Made by a program: the position numbers and the translations under genes. Positions 1 to 10,903 of a stretch of 64,000 bases of DNA are shown here, one piece after another. The first letter of the stretch is position 1; every line of letters starts with the position of its first letter. This stretch comes from Rhizodiscina lignyota (taxonomy: Eukaryota). The notes below the pieces were generated by a model. The model had not been told where the DNA came from. It saw only the letters and a list, made by a program, of their open reading frames with translations, and did no database searches. The stretch lies in contig ML978126.1 in the NCBI GenBank assembly GCA_010015805.1, positions 372,001 to 436,000 on the forward strand, given 5' to 3'.

Positions 1-105
1 TGGGACTTTCAATGGCGCAACCGGACTTTGTACTTAGCATCTGATGGCAAACCCCTACAAAACTGGCGTGCGGAAATAGGCACGGGCATTGGCATCGGAG
101 TATGA
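1..105 (+). CDS. Possible 3' end of a gene entering from the left (WDFQWRNRTLYLASDGKPLQNWRAEIGTGIGIGV*)
   Basis: Frame 1 is open from base 1 to TGA at 103-105 and is followed by AT-richer, UTR-like sequence; no family recognised. Confidence 0.3.
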   Translation, partial: WDFQWRNRTLYLASDGKPLQNWRAEIGTGIGIGV

Positions 106-811
106 ACGTGTCATACACAAAATAAGGCCGGTATACTGCATAGCGAATGGTGTCCAGACAGAAGAGTAGGTAAATGAATGATATGGTACGAATATGGAAT
201 AATTGTTTCTGCTGATTGCTTGCTACGTTGTCATTGATGCTCTTTCACGCCTGCTTTCACTACTGATGAAGGCCTCCTCCTAAGTCTGTCAGTGTATTCT
301 GTTTGGCATTTGGCTGTGTTTATCTGTTCATAGACTAAGTTCTATTTGACGATAGCCCGTGAAGCGCGGATTTCTCTTAAAAAATGGTATAATCTAGCAA
401 ATGTGACGCGCGTCTTCTTTCTTAGTAGTAGTGTAATGATGTTCTCATGGCTTTCGTGGGATCCCACCTGCATCACGTCGCCGTATATTCCGCCTTGGAC
501 GTTATGCCGTACTGCAGTAGCAGACGTCGAACGAATCTCACATCAAATCGTTGAAAATAGTGAGCATTCTCGAAAAGGGCCTAGAAAGCTTGTGAATTAA
601 AGGATAGAGAGGGACGAGGGAGGAGAGGGCTCCCTGACCGATTATATACACTAAAATAAGGAGAAATGCATCGGAAATTAGGACTCCGAAGCCCACGGCG
701 ACTCCGAGCCGTGCCAGTTGACTGACACGTTCAACAGCAGAAACCAATAATCATGATTCAGATTGTATTTGACCTAACAGTTCGTCTCGTGCTGATCAAT
801 AACACAAAGCG

Positions 812-2860
812 CTAGATGATATTAAATGTCTGTGTCCAATCAGGCAAATCCCAGGGAAATAACGAACGCGGATAATCCTCCAGGGTTCTATCAGTATCTG
901 AAAATCGTCCAACTCGTCGAAATTTGGATGGCTGACCATCAACAAGTTGTAAAATCAGTCCGGTATCAGTAAGTCTACGGTAATAATCCGTGCTCCTCGT
1001 GACTAGCAAAAGGTATACATCCTGCAGATCAACGGACGGATCATCGAGGGACCAATCATGATCGCAGTGATAGATCATAGAACTCTGTTCCGCCATAGAG
1101 TCTATATCCTCCGTAACAGGCCTGCAATTTTCTCCAGGGCGCTCTGACCACAGAATTTGTCGGGCAGGCCCCCTCACATGAAGATGCGCCCCTGGCAATG
1201 CTCGTCCGTTAGATCTCGCTGATACAGACACTTCTAGCACTGTGAGTTTGATTTTAAAGAACTCACGGGGGTAGGAGTGCGAAATCGCACCGTCTACGGC
1301 AGCCCATGACCAAGATGGTGCAATGTAGTCTCTCTTATTACCGTCGTTTCTAGGAGCTTTAATTCCAACCGTGTACCATAGAAGGTCGAGAGGAAGGATT
1401 TCTTTCCACAGTCCGGCAACAGGGGTAAGGCCAGAGTTCAATTGTAATTCTTTGATAATGCCGTTAAGAGCCACCAGTCTGTCTTCCGGGAATTTGAGTA
1501 GACACTTGGAGTAGATTTTGAGCGTATAAGCCCATGCGACATGAAATGATCGAAGCTCCTGTGATATCGGAAAGCCGAGGGATGGACTGAAATGATGTCT
1601 GAGAGTGGAGAGAGTATTCTTGAGCCTCAGGCCATATCCAATACCTTCTTCTGCGGTACATTCATAGTGCTGTAAACACTCCCACTCTATCCCAGTTGAT
1701 CTGAAATGCAGCGTTCGGGGTGACAGTCCACGTTCTTGAACTACCCAGCCTCGAGTTGACAGCGGCCCTTCCGCAATAGAATGACGTCTCCTACTCTCGA
1801 TGACGATCTGATGCCTCTCAGTACCTCCCAAATGACAAGTTTCATAGAGCAACGGGTTCCTGGTGAAGAAACATCCTCCTCCGCTGTCCTTTGAAGCCGT
1901 CGCCGCAATATTGCAGGTGCCTCCTTGATATATGTCTCCCATAACTGCTGACTGGTCTTCCCAGTCTTGTGGAGAGTCTTGGACGATACATAACGAATCA
2001 ATCCACAGAAAGCGAAAGCCGAGTCTCCGAGTGATGATAACAGCATGTTGAAAGGTCAAGGGCAAACTGTCAAAGGGAATTGACTGATGAAAAGCGCTTG
2101 GATCGTTTTTGGTCAACTGGAGGACAGGCGCTTTACCCCAGCAATGGCTCAAAGTTAGGTACTCCGGTTTCACTTGTCCGCCCACAGAATCTGTCAAACA
2201 GACCCGTATTGTAGGATTGGCTTCGTCGCCCACCTCCAACAATCTTCGAGGGGCGATTTTAGACGACTGCTGCACGTCTGCGCACCTTGAATGGTTTTCC
2301 CGGCAAATTTTCAACCACTTCATTGCTTGCGCGAGAGAAGACTCGGATCCAGTATACAAACTCGCATTAGCTGCCATTTTCCATGGTGTAAATCGAGACT
2401 TGGGGCCGTGATAGTGTTTTAGTGCTACAGATTCATGCGAGATAGTTTCGAAGTACCGGCATTCGAATGCTATCCAACACTGCCATATGTCCGTATTTGT
2501 ATCCAGGGTATCGGCACAGTACAGATGGAGTGAGGATGGAAATGTGTGCACATCCGAGAATTTGTGCGGGAGTTTGTGCGCGAGAAGTGTGCATAGGTGA
2601 CATCCCTCGAGGATGGCCCTTGTCATGTCATCTTTGGTGGCATGAAATCGATATTTTTCGACAAATTTGCCGCTCTCTTCAACATCGTCGCCTTCAAATA
2701 GCCTCGAGAGAGTGCGAGTGTGGCTGCCTCGTAAAATTATTGATTCCGAGGTCAGAAACTGACAGAGGATACACAGCTGATCTCGTTCGAACTTTATATC
2801 GACCTCGCCGGTACCCAACTTTTGGAGCTCTTCTTGTAAATCCAATAATCTCTCAGTCAT
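812..2860 (-). CDS. HET (heterokaryon incompatibility, PF06985-type) domain protein
   Basis: 682-aa ORF with HET blocks YLTLSHCWG, LPLTFQHAV..TRRLGFRFLWIDSLCIVQD, MGDIYQGGTCNIAA and PLSTRGWVVQER..SPRTLHF, plus downstream APSWSWAAV. Confidence 0.92.
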   Translation of the reverse strand: MTERLLDLQEELQKLGTGEVDIKFERDQLCILCQFLTSESIILRGSHTRTLSRLFEGDDVEESGKFVEKYRFHATKDDMTRAILEGCHLCTLLAHKLPHKFSDVHTFPSSLHLYCADTLDTNTDIWQCWIAFECRYFETISHESVALKHYHGPKSRFTPWKMAANASLYTGSESSLAQAMKWLKICRENHSRCADVQQSSKIAPRRLLEVGDEANPTIRVCLTDSVGGQVKPEYLTLSHCWGKAPVLQLTKNDPSAFHQSIPFDSLPLTFQHAVIITRRLGFRFLWIDSLCIVQDSPQDWEDQSAVMGDIYQGGTCNIAATASKDSGGGCFFTRNPLLYETCHLGGTERHQIVIESRRRHSIAEGPLSTRGWVVQERGLSPRTLHFRSTGIEWECLQHYECTAEEGIGYGLRLKNTLSTLRHHFSPSLGFPISQELRSFHVAWAYTLKIYSKCLLKFPEDRLVALNGIIKELQLNSGLTPVAGLWKEILPLDLLWYTVGIKAPRNDGNKRDYIAPSWSWAAVDGAISHSYPREFFKIKLTVLEVSVSARSNGRALPGAHLHVRGPARQILWSERPGENCRPVTEDIDSMAEQSSMIYHCDHDWSLDDPSVDLQDVYLLLVTRSTDYYRRLTDTGLILQLVDGQPSKFRRVGRFSDTDRTLEDYPRSLFPWDLPDWTQTFNII

Positions 2861-3616
2861 GGTGTAGAGTCAAGCATTCAGCCATGCTCTTCAATTGAAA
2901 CGAAGCTGTCGCGCTCGACTGTACTGCTGTAGCCTGACACACTCAGCTGAAAGTGATGTGGCATTCAAGCAGATTAGTCATAAACACTATCAGCGCCACA
3001 TTTGCGGGGGAGGAACAAAACTTTCGATTTATTAAAGCAAGTGGACAAGGCTGATAGAAGCGGAACGTTTGACATTTCCTCTCACATCGCGGATTCAACG
3101 TCCAAAGTGCCGATCGGGCCACCGGCAAGAAGTCTGCTTTGGACTTAGTCCGTATGTTTGCCCTATTCGGGCTATATTTTATGAGCATCGAGAACAGACT
3201 AAAAAATCCACTAAGTTTCGTCACCTGGACGAGCTCCGTAGCGCCGTCTAAATAGCCAATTCCAGAATGCTAGACGAACACCCTCCCGCTACAGGGAGCG
3301 ATCATCCAACAAATTGATGGGGACGGGCGTGAACAAGATTTCCTCAAGGGCTCTTAGTATCAAATAAACAGAGCTCCCCAGCATATTACTGCATATTCGA
3401 AGTGCCCAGTTAGATACCTGCGCACGGCAGGCAGGGACCCGTCTAGAACCAGCTATTCAGTCCCCTTTTCTCAAACAGGCAGTCTACTCGATGCATCATC
3501 TCGATGGGTGATATTGCCATGACGATTTCTCGGACGGTGCTATCAAAGGACGATTGGGAGATATAAGTTGATCTCATCATTACCATGAGAAAATTCAATG
3601 CGCGAAAGTAGTCAGT

Positions 3617-5219
3617 ATGCTTTCAATTACTTCAACAAACTTGGCCATATTGGGTACGACGCTGTTTGGCGTCTTTGCCTTCTATTTCATAATCAAACCA
3701 ATCGTAGAATACTTCTACGATGCAAAGCGCCTTCGTCAATACCCGAACCAAAACTTCCTCTCTGGATTCACCAATCTCGGCTACATTTACGAGAGGCTTG
3801 CTGCATTTCGCACCGCGAATCTCAACGAAGCCCACAAGGAGCATCCGATCATCAGACTTGGGCCTAACGCGCTTTCCTTTGGTGATGTGAGAGCAATCAA
3901 GGACATCTACGGCCACTCAACGACATGCTCAAAAGGTGACATGTACTGGGTCGCTGCAGGCGCTCACTCTAACCTCCTCGACGTCGTTGACAAAGGGGAG
4001 CATGCTCGAAAGAGGCGCCTCGTCAGCCACGCGTTCGCAACACGCAATCTCGAGAACTGGGAGTATAAAGTCGCCGATAAAACAGAACGGCTCATTCGAC
4101 AATTCGATATTGCTTGCGGCGTGGCTGAGAAAGCCGGAGAGCGGTTCGCGCAGATCGATTACCGCAAGTGGTCCAACCTCTTTACCGTCGAAGCTATCGC
4201 GGATATCGGACTCAGTTACCGTATGGGCATGCTCGAGAGAGGCAACGACTTGATGACTGTTGAGCGATCGGATGGTACACACAGAGAGTATGGCTTCATT
4301 GAAAGCCTCCATGGCGGGAATCGAGCAACATCGATTATCGTTTGGCCGACCGCGTGGTTCACAATCATCCGAAACATTACGAAGCTGACTTCAGGTTGGT
4401 TCCGATCCCAGTGGCAGCATGGAAATAACTACGGCGATATCATCAAGCACATGACTCGTATCAGGCTTGAGAGACATGAGAAGGGCGAGAGGCTTGATGA
4501 CTTCTTCCAGTTCCTGATGGAGGATCGGGGTGGCGTGCCGCACAATCTTGACATCGGCGAGGTTGAAGCTGAAGTGAACGTTATCAGTAAGATGGTTCCC
4601 GAAGCCAGTTGGCTTGGTTACTGACGAAATGATAGTGAATGCGGGTTCAGACACAACTGCTATACAGCTCACGCATGTGATGTACTTTCTTCTCAAGAAC
4701 CGCTCAAACTTGGAGAAGCTGCGGGAAGAGGTCGATTCCGCTCTTGCACCAGATGATATCGTGGCGCCGTATGCTACGATCCGACACCTTCCGTATCTTC
4801 GAGCCTGTCTCGATGAGTCGCTCCGAATGGCACCCCCGGTTTCATTTGGACTCGCACGGAAGACACCTCCAGAAGGAGCGGCAATCCTGGGCCAGTGGAT
4901 CGCAGGGGATATTACAGTCTCCATTCCGGCATATATTGCTCATCGTGATCCAACGATCTTCCAAGAGCCAGCAGCGTACCGCCCCGAGCGATGGCTCGAT
5001 GAGAAGGCCAAGGAGATGCAGCCTTACTTCATCCCGTTTTCCATGGGTGCAAGAGGATGCATCGGGAGAAACATCAGCTATTTGGAACAGCATGTCCTTT
5101 TGGCATCGCTCGTGAAAAGATATGACTTCGAGCTCGCGGATGAACAATATGAGCTCCCACGAGAAGAAGCATTCAACCTTTGGCCAGGCCCGTTGCCAGT
5201 GAAGGTTCGCAGGAGATAG
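3617..5219 (+). CDS. Cytochrome P450 (benzoate 4-monooxygenase-like), 2 exons
   Basis: N-terminal membrane anchor; intron 4587-4635 (GTAAGA..CTGAC..TAG) restores the I-helix IMNAGSDTT; ExxR (ESLR), PERW and heme motif FSMGARGCIG. Confidence 0.93.
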
Positions 5220-5461
5220 ACAGGCTTAATGTACGAAGGAGTTAGTTTCCAGCGAACGAACATTCTGAGGAGCCACGCTATCAAAGTTGCCCCCAGCTCG
5301 ATTGACAAGCTTCCTCGGGTCGGTAAAGTTGTATTCGAGGTTACCAGGGAGTAGCTTATGCCTTGGAAAACTTGCTTCTCGATATCATAGAAAGGGGACG
5401 CCGTTGCAGGCCTCGTTCGCTCGCCAGAAACTAGCGCCTTCGTATTCGGCGGCAATCTCGT

Positions 5462-6988
5462 TCAAGTATCCAATCTCTGCAATTGTTCAATGCGAGTGCG
5501 CGTATGAAAACCGAGTCTTGACTCGATATCGTTTAAGACCATCCATATTCTGGCCTTCTTTGCTCTTCCGTCAATGTACTTAGCGGCTTTTTCTAGTTAG
5601 CATGTAGTAGATTTCACATAGGACACAACCATACCGTAATAAAGTGGCTGTACAATCTGGACCAACGCTCCGTCCGATATCTGTGAGAGAGCAATTGATC
5701 CGATCTGGTTGGCGTGATACTGTATCTCGTCATAATTCTCGTCTTCCGGAAGAGGCCGACGTTTCTGTTCCGCAAGTAACAAGAGCTTGATCTCGTGATA
5801 AGTAGCCATTGCTGCAGCCGCCGCGGATACAGGGAACCAAATGTCAACAAATCCTTCCCATGACGCTTGGCCGCATGTGAGGCCTTTGGACTCTGAGGGC
5901 AGCTGATTGAACCATTCCTCAACTTCGCGTGATACTTCAGCAACGTTGCTAAAATATGTCAGGGAAGTGCGAGTCGAAATGTCGGCCGTGTAGATCAGAT
6001 TGATAGCTCGGCTGCAAAGCCAGAGAATATGGTTGCCTCTTGCTTCATCTTCGACTTCTCCACTCGGCCAAGTAACGTTCCATTCCTGAGGTGAAAGGTT
6101 CGTGGGACATTCATTCATTAATGCGACCGCAATATCTTGTCTCACGTATATTTGGAATGTAGCCTTATTTATACCTTGGCACTGGCTGTCGATTTTTTGG
6201 GACTTGATCAGCGTCGTTGCGCCATGGATGTGTTTCCGGTGATCCAAACCCGGAGCAGCTAAAAGCTCATAGCTGCTGAGGAGGATTGTTGCAGTCAAGA
6301 TGTCTTCCTGGTTAGACTGGGGTTCTGCAAAAGCAGCTAAGAGAAGCCTGAGGCTGTCTCCATATCTTGCAGCCGCGACAGACCCATGAACGCTTCCGCC
6401 CTTTAACAAGCTGATTTGTTTCGCAGACAATGCACATATAGATTGTCGTATGAGAAGCGAGAATATCGCACGCCTTGGAACATCCCTCTGGTAGCAGAGT
6501 CTGTGGTCAAAGATGTCCATCCATGTCGCGATGCCCGTTTGATAGACTCTGAGTAACTCTGCAGTTTCTCGATCGATGTTTTGAGCTTGGGGCCCCCGCA
6601 ATTGCACTGCCGGGGAGTCCAAAGGCGAAATGGTAGCGAGCTCATTCCGCGAGAGATTAAATATGTCCCAAGTAGATTGCGGATTGTTGTCGATGGCACC
6701 AGTGGTTGCTATCGGTGTAGATTCCGCCTCCTGTGTAGCCGCAGGTGGACACCATTGCGATGCAACGATGAAGTCCGGATAATTGCAATCCAAATTCCTT
6801 CTGCGACATTCTCTGCAGATAGGCTTCTCTTCATCGCACCGTACGTGACGCGAACGACACGCAATGCTTGTTCAAGAATTAGTTCAACGCAAGTATGTCT
6901 TGTAAAGCGGTTTTGGAACAAACCATCCCGCCTTTCGCCTGGCCCCTTTTGCTTCCCGCACCCTCACTTCTTGCTCTCGGCGAACCAT
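5462..6988 (-). CDS. Zn(II)2Cys6 fungal transcription factor, 3 exons
   Basis: ATG at 6988; splicing GTTTGT..CTAAT..AAG gives RRKAGCIACRSRHVRCDEEKPICRECRRRNLDC, then the 5597-6793 ORF body; a last intron (GTATGG, near 5633) leads to AKYIDG..LQRLDT* ending at 5462. Confidence 0.85.
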
Positions 6989-7286
6989 CTCGTAGTGATC
7001 TCAAGCACCGTTCATAATGTCGAAGACGCTGAGGAGCCGTATCAAGATATAGACCCATTGACTGAGGAGTGTCACTAGTGTGCAAGCTGGAAAGGGATTG
7101 GGCATAAAATGGGACGCGGAGGCTTGAACCCAAAGAAGTTAGGCAAATGCGGAGAATAATCAGCTATGCCCTTTTTCGGAGACTTATAAGGTAAGCTTTC
7201 CTTTTGTTCAAGTTACTCCGCATTCCAGCGGCCCCCTCTGTGCTTTGTAGTATTATCTGACGAAAATCGAAAGATTGCATTTCACG

Positions 7287-7988
7287 ATGTGCTTTCCAGT
7301 TGAGCCAACTAGTCCAACAGCGCTGAGGGAGCCCTTTTTCTATAATGTGGACACCAAAGCTCTCATCGACAAACTGCCTGAGGATGTCCGATCTAACGAC
7401 ATCTGCATTTCAGCACTGAAATTTGTGGCACCAAACGTCCATCCTAGCATCTTGAACCACAGTATCCGTACCTTTCTCCATGCGTACGACATTGCAGAGG
7501 ACGAGGGATCAGCTTTCGAAGATGAACGGCTCCATCTTCTATTTGCGGCATGCCTCTTGCATGACCTGGGTGCGTCCCCCAATTACGATGGCCCTCAGCG
7601 ATTCGAAGTCGAGGGTGCGGACGTTGCTACCGACTTTCTAACCTCGAATGGCGTTTCCAAGGAAGACGCCCACGAGGTCTGGGTTGCGATCGCATGTCAC
7701 AGCTCCGCTGGAATTGCGGAGAAGATTAGCGAGCTTTCCCGGCTCGTTAGGACTGCCGTGCTTATTGATTTTGGGAAGAAGATGGACCTTTCCGAGGAAG
7801 CGGAGGACGAGAAAGAAGAGATTGAGGAAAAATGGCCGAGGGATAACATCGAAAAGATATTGGGGGATGAAGTGGTCAAGCAAGCAGTGAAGAACCCAGA
7901 CAAGGCTCCTCCGGCAAGCTGGCCAGGGATTCTTTATCGAGCACATCTCGCGGAGCCTCAATGGCAGGGCGTGAATCGAGCATTCTAA
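7287..7988 (+). CDS. HD-domain metal-dependent hydrolase (cyanamide hydratase-like family)
   Basis: NHSIRTF, ACLLHDLG, RFEVEGAD and AIACH motifs; TATA-like TTATAAG near 7184. Confidence 0.82.
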   Translation: MCFPVEPTSPTALREPFFYNVDTKALIDKLPEDVRSNDICISALKFVAPNVHPSILNHSIRTFLHAYDIAEDEGSAFEDERLHLLFAACLLHDLGASPNYDGPQRFEVEGADVATDFLTSNGVSKEDAHEVWVAIACHSSAGIAEKISELSRLVRTAVLIDFGKKMDLSEEAEDEKEEIEEKWPRDNIEKILGDEVVKQAVKNPDKAPPASWPGILYRAHLAEPQWQGVNRAF

Positions 7989-8193
7989 CATTGTTCGAAT
8001 TGCAGACACATATGGTCGAGTGCAGAATATGATGTACGAGTTTACTATCGAAATAGCAAAGTTGACATTGAAATTCCCTACTCGCTCAGCATTATTTTAA
8101 AATCCTTCAAGGGAGCCTCTCAGACGCAATCAGAAATTCACCGTAGTGAAGCCAAAGACAAGAGGGAAATCACGTTGCGAATTGAGCACACCT

Positions 8194-9227
8194 TCATTTC
8201 TTTATTTCGAACCCACTCCGCTTCTCCAGGTAAGAACCAAAATCCATCAGTCCAGGGTATTCTTTCCTCAGGGCTGGAATGTCAACCCCATAGCCCTCGT
8301 CATGAAACCATTTCATCATGATGTTGACTTCTTTCACCATCCACAGCAACAGGGTGGCAAAGATACTGTAACTTTCAGGCAAGTCCGTACCCGTTTTCTC
8401 CTTGAAAATCTGCTGAATCTGTGCGAAAGTGAGTTCGTCACCAGCCAAGGAGATGGCTCTACCATTGAACTTGTCAGGGTTGAGGAATGCCTCCGCTGCG
8501 AAATGACCAATATCAGGGACCGATATAAACTGCACAGGTCGGTCCTTGAGAACCATGCGGAAGGTAGCCACGAAAACTCTGCCCATCATTCCAGGTGCGA
8601 TGCCCTATGTGCAGTTAGCACTGTCTCATTTTAGAGACGTGATCTTTGGCTGACCTCAAAGAACGCAGTTGGCCTCAGAATGGTCCAACCCATGTCCGTT
8701 CCTTTCGTGCTATCGACTAGATGATGCTCGATGTTGTGCTTGCTGACAAAGTGCGGAACCGAAGTCGGGTTGTCATAGGACTTATCGCCTTGGCGATCCA
8801 CAGAAGTATAGACGAAATGCTTGACCCCGTTCTTGAGCGCTTCGTCGACAAGTGCTTTGCCCTGCTTTTCTTCGGTCTCGACGGTTTGGCCATTACCCAT
8901 TGGGATCTATGCCCGAGTCAGCTCGGTTCTGTGGCCCATGGAGATTAAAAGGGGAAAACTCTATACCTGGACACTGAACACTCCCCAGACAGACTCAGAG
9001 ACCTCATTCTTGGCAGCCTCGAAGATACCCGAACAATCATTCAGGTCCCCTTTGATGACTTTGACATTGCTTCCTTTTGACAATAACTTTTGAGCAGAAG
9101 GCGATGATGGATTTCGAGTCACTCCAAGGATGGTGAACTCAGAAGCTCGAGGCGAGGCAAGCAACGCGTCAATAGTGGCGCCGCCTTGCTTGCCTGTAGC
9201 TCCCGTGATAAGAACGACCTTTGACAT
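8194..9227 (-). CDS. NmrA-like NAD(P)-binding protein, 3 exons
   Basis: VLITGATGKQGG Rossmann motif, VKHFVYTSVDR, PHFVSKHNIE and WTILRPTAFFE; introns 8907-8966 and 8605-8654 join three ORF pieces in frame. Confidence 0.9.
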
Positions 9228-9844
9228 ATTGAAGAAAGGGACAGAGCGGGCGATGAGGCAATAGAGAAGAGATTCGGACGATTGAATTCTTAATTGGAAG
9301 TTACCTTGCGCGATTTATGGACAAAGAGCCCAGTAATGTGAGTCGTGACGTTAAGATGCGCCACAAGGCTCTAAAAGCCCTAGATTTGAGATATCAGGCT
9401 CCCCGAATCGCCGAAGGCTTGGCCGTTCTCTGGCAATGCCATTTGAGCCTCATTCGGATTATGCAATTATTATGGCATCATAGACAAATGCTGGACGGAT
9501 TGTAAAGCACCTCGGGCATTCTCAGAGGATCGAGTACAAAAGCTCGGTGCTCGCGCTTTTTCGATGTCGTCTGCTTACGATGAAAAGTCGCCGATACAGG
9601 ACTTGTCCCAAAATGGTTAGTTCAAATGTTCGGAAAAACTAGCATACCGAGCCCCACCACCACTGGACGAAGGGCGGAGATAACTTGAGGAGGCGAAACT
9701 TTCGAGCTTTGCCTTCAACATCAACGTCTTTCAACTTCGAACACCTTCCAGATACCATCACCAGTCGTAGGAACATCCACGATATTTACAACTCAAGTCT
9801 CAGTGCACCACAAATTCCAGAATCTCAAAACCCACTCTACCAAA

Positions 9845-10778
9845 ATGTCAGCGACACTTACAAAGGCGAAGCCGACGACCGACTGGGCTGCCGACGAAGA
9901 TGAAGACGACGTTCTCCCCCAGCCCGAAGTCATCAAGAACAAAGACGGCACCGAGACGCACATATCATACCGCATCAACGATGATGGCAAGAAGATCAAG
10001 ACCATCCGGAAGATCAAGCACACCGTGATCCGGCAAGAAGTCAACCACCGTGTAGCGGAACGGCGCACATGGTCAAAGTTTGGCGTCGAGAACGGGAGAA
10101 AAGTAGGTCCACAGTCAGATACGACGACAGTGGGTGAGAACATCGAGTTCAAGCCGCGAGCGAACTACAAGACGACGCAGGCGGTGGAGGACAAGGACCT
10201 CTTTGCGAACCAGAAGGCGAAGCTGAAGGAGGCAAAGATCAAGTGCCGTATTTGCAGCGGCGAGCACTGGACATCCAAATGTCCGTACAAGGATACTATG
10301 GCGCCCGAAGGCGAACCTGGGCCTGGTCTGGGTGATTCTGAGGAGCCTGAGGCAACACAAGCTGGCTCTCTTGGTCAAGGTGGAAGCAGCTACGTTCCAC
10401 CTCATTTGCGGAAGGGTGGTGCAGCTACAGGCGAGAGAATGAGTGGCGGCAAATATGGCGAGAGGGATGATCTGGCAACACTGAGAGTCACGAACGTAAG
10501 TTACACCTTTGCAGTAATTTTGTCTTTGAAGACAATGCTAACATGCCTTGCAGGTGAGCGAGTTTGCGGAAGAAGCAGATCTGCGCGAGATGTTCGGCCG
10601 CTTCGGTCATGTCACAAGAGTATTCCTTGCGAAGGACAGAGACACTGGAAGAGCAAAGGGCTTCGCGTTTGTCAGCTTCGCGGATCGGTCGGACGCGGCG
10701 AAGGCATGCGAGAAGATGGATGGCTTTGGGTACGGACACTTGATTCTCAGAGTAGAGTTTGCGAAGAAGGCGACTTGA
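9845..10778 (+). CDS. TIF35: Translation initiation factor eIF3 subunit g
   Basis: DWAADED N-terminus, [25 protein letters not shown] zinc knuckle, and RRM ([29 protein letters not shown]); intron 10496-10553. Confidence 0.96.
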
Positions 10779-10903
10779 GAAGCTGCGGTATTGTAGAGAC
10801 AGCGTTTACGATAGGCATGACATAAATCAAGACTGGCGTTGCATGCATTTACTTTTCTCGTTTTCGTGATATTTACATGCGAAGCGAGAAACATTGTTCT
10901 TAC

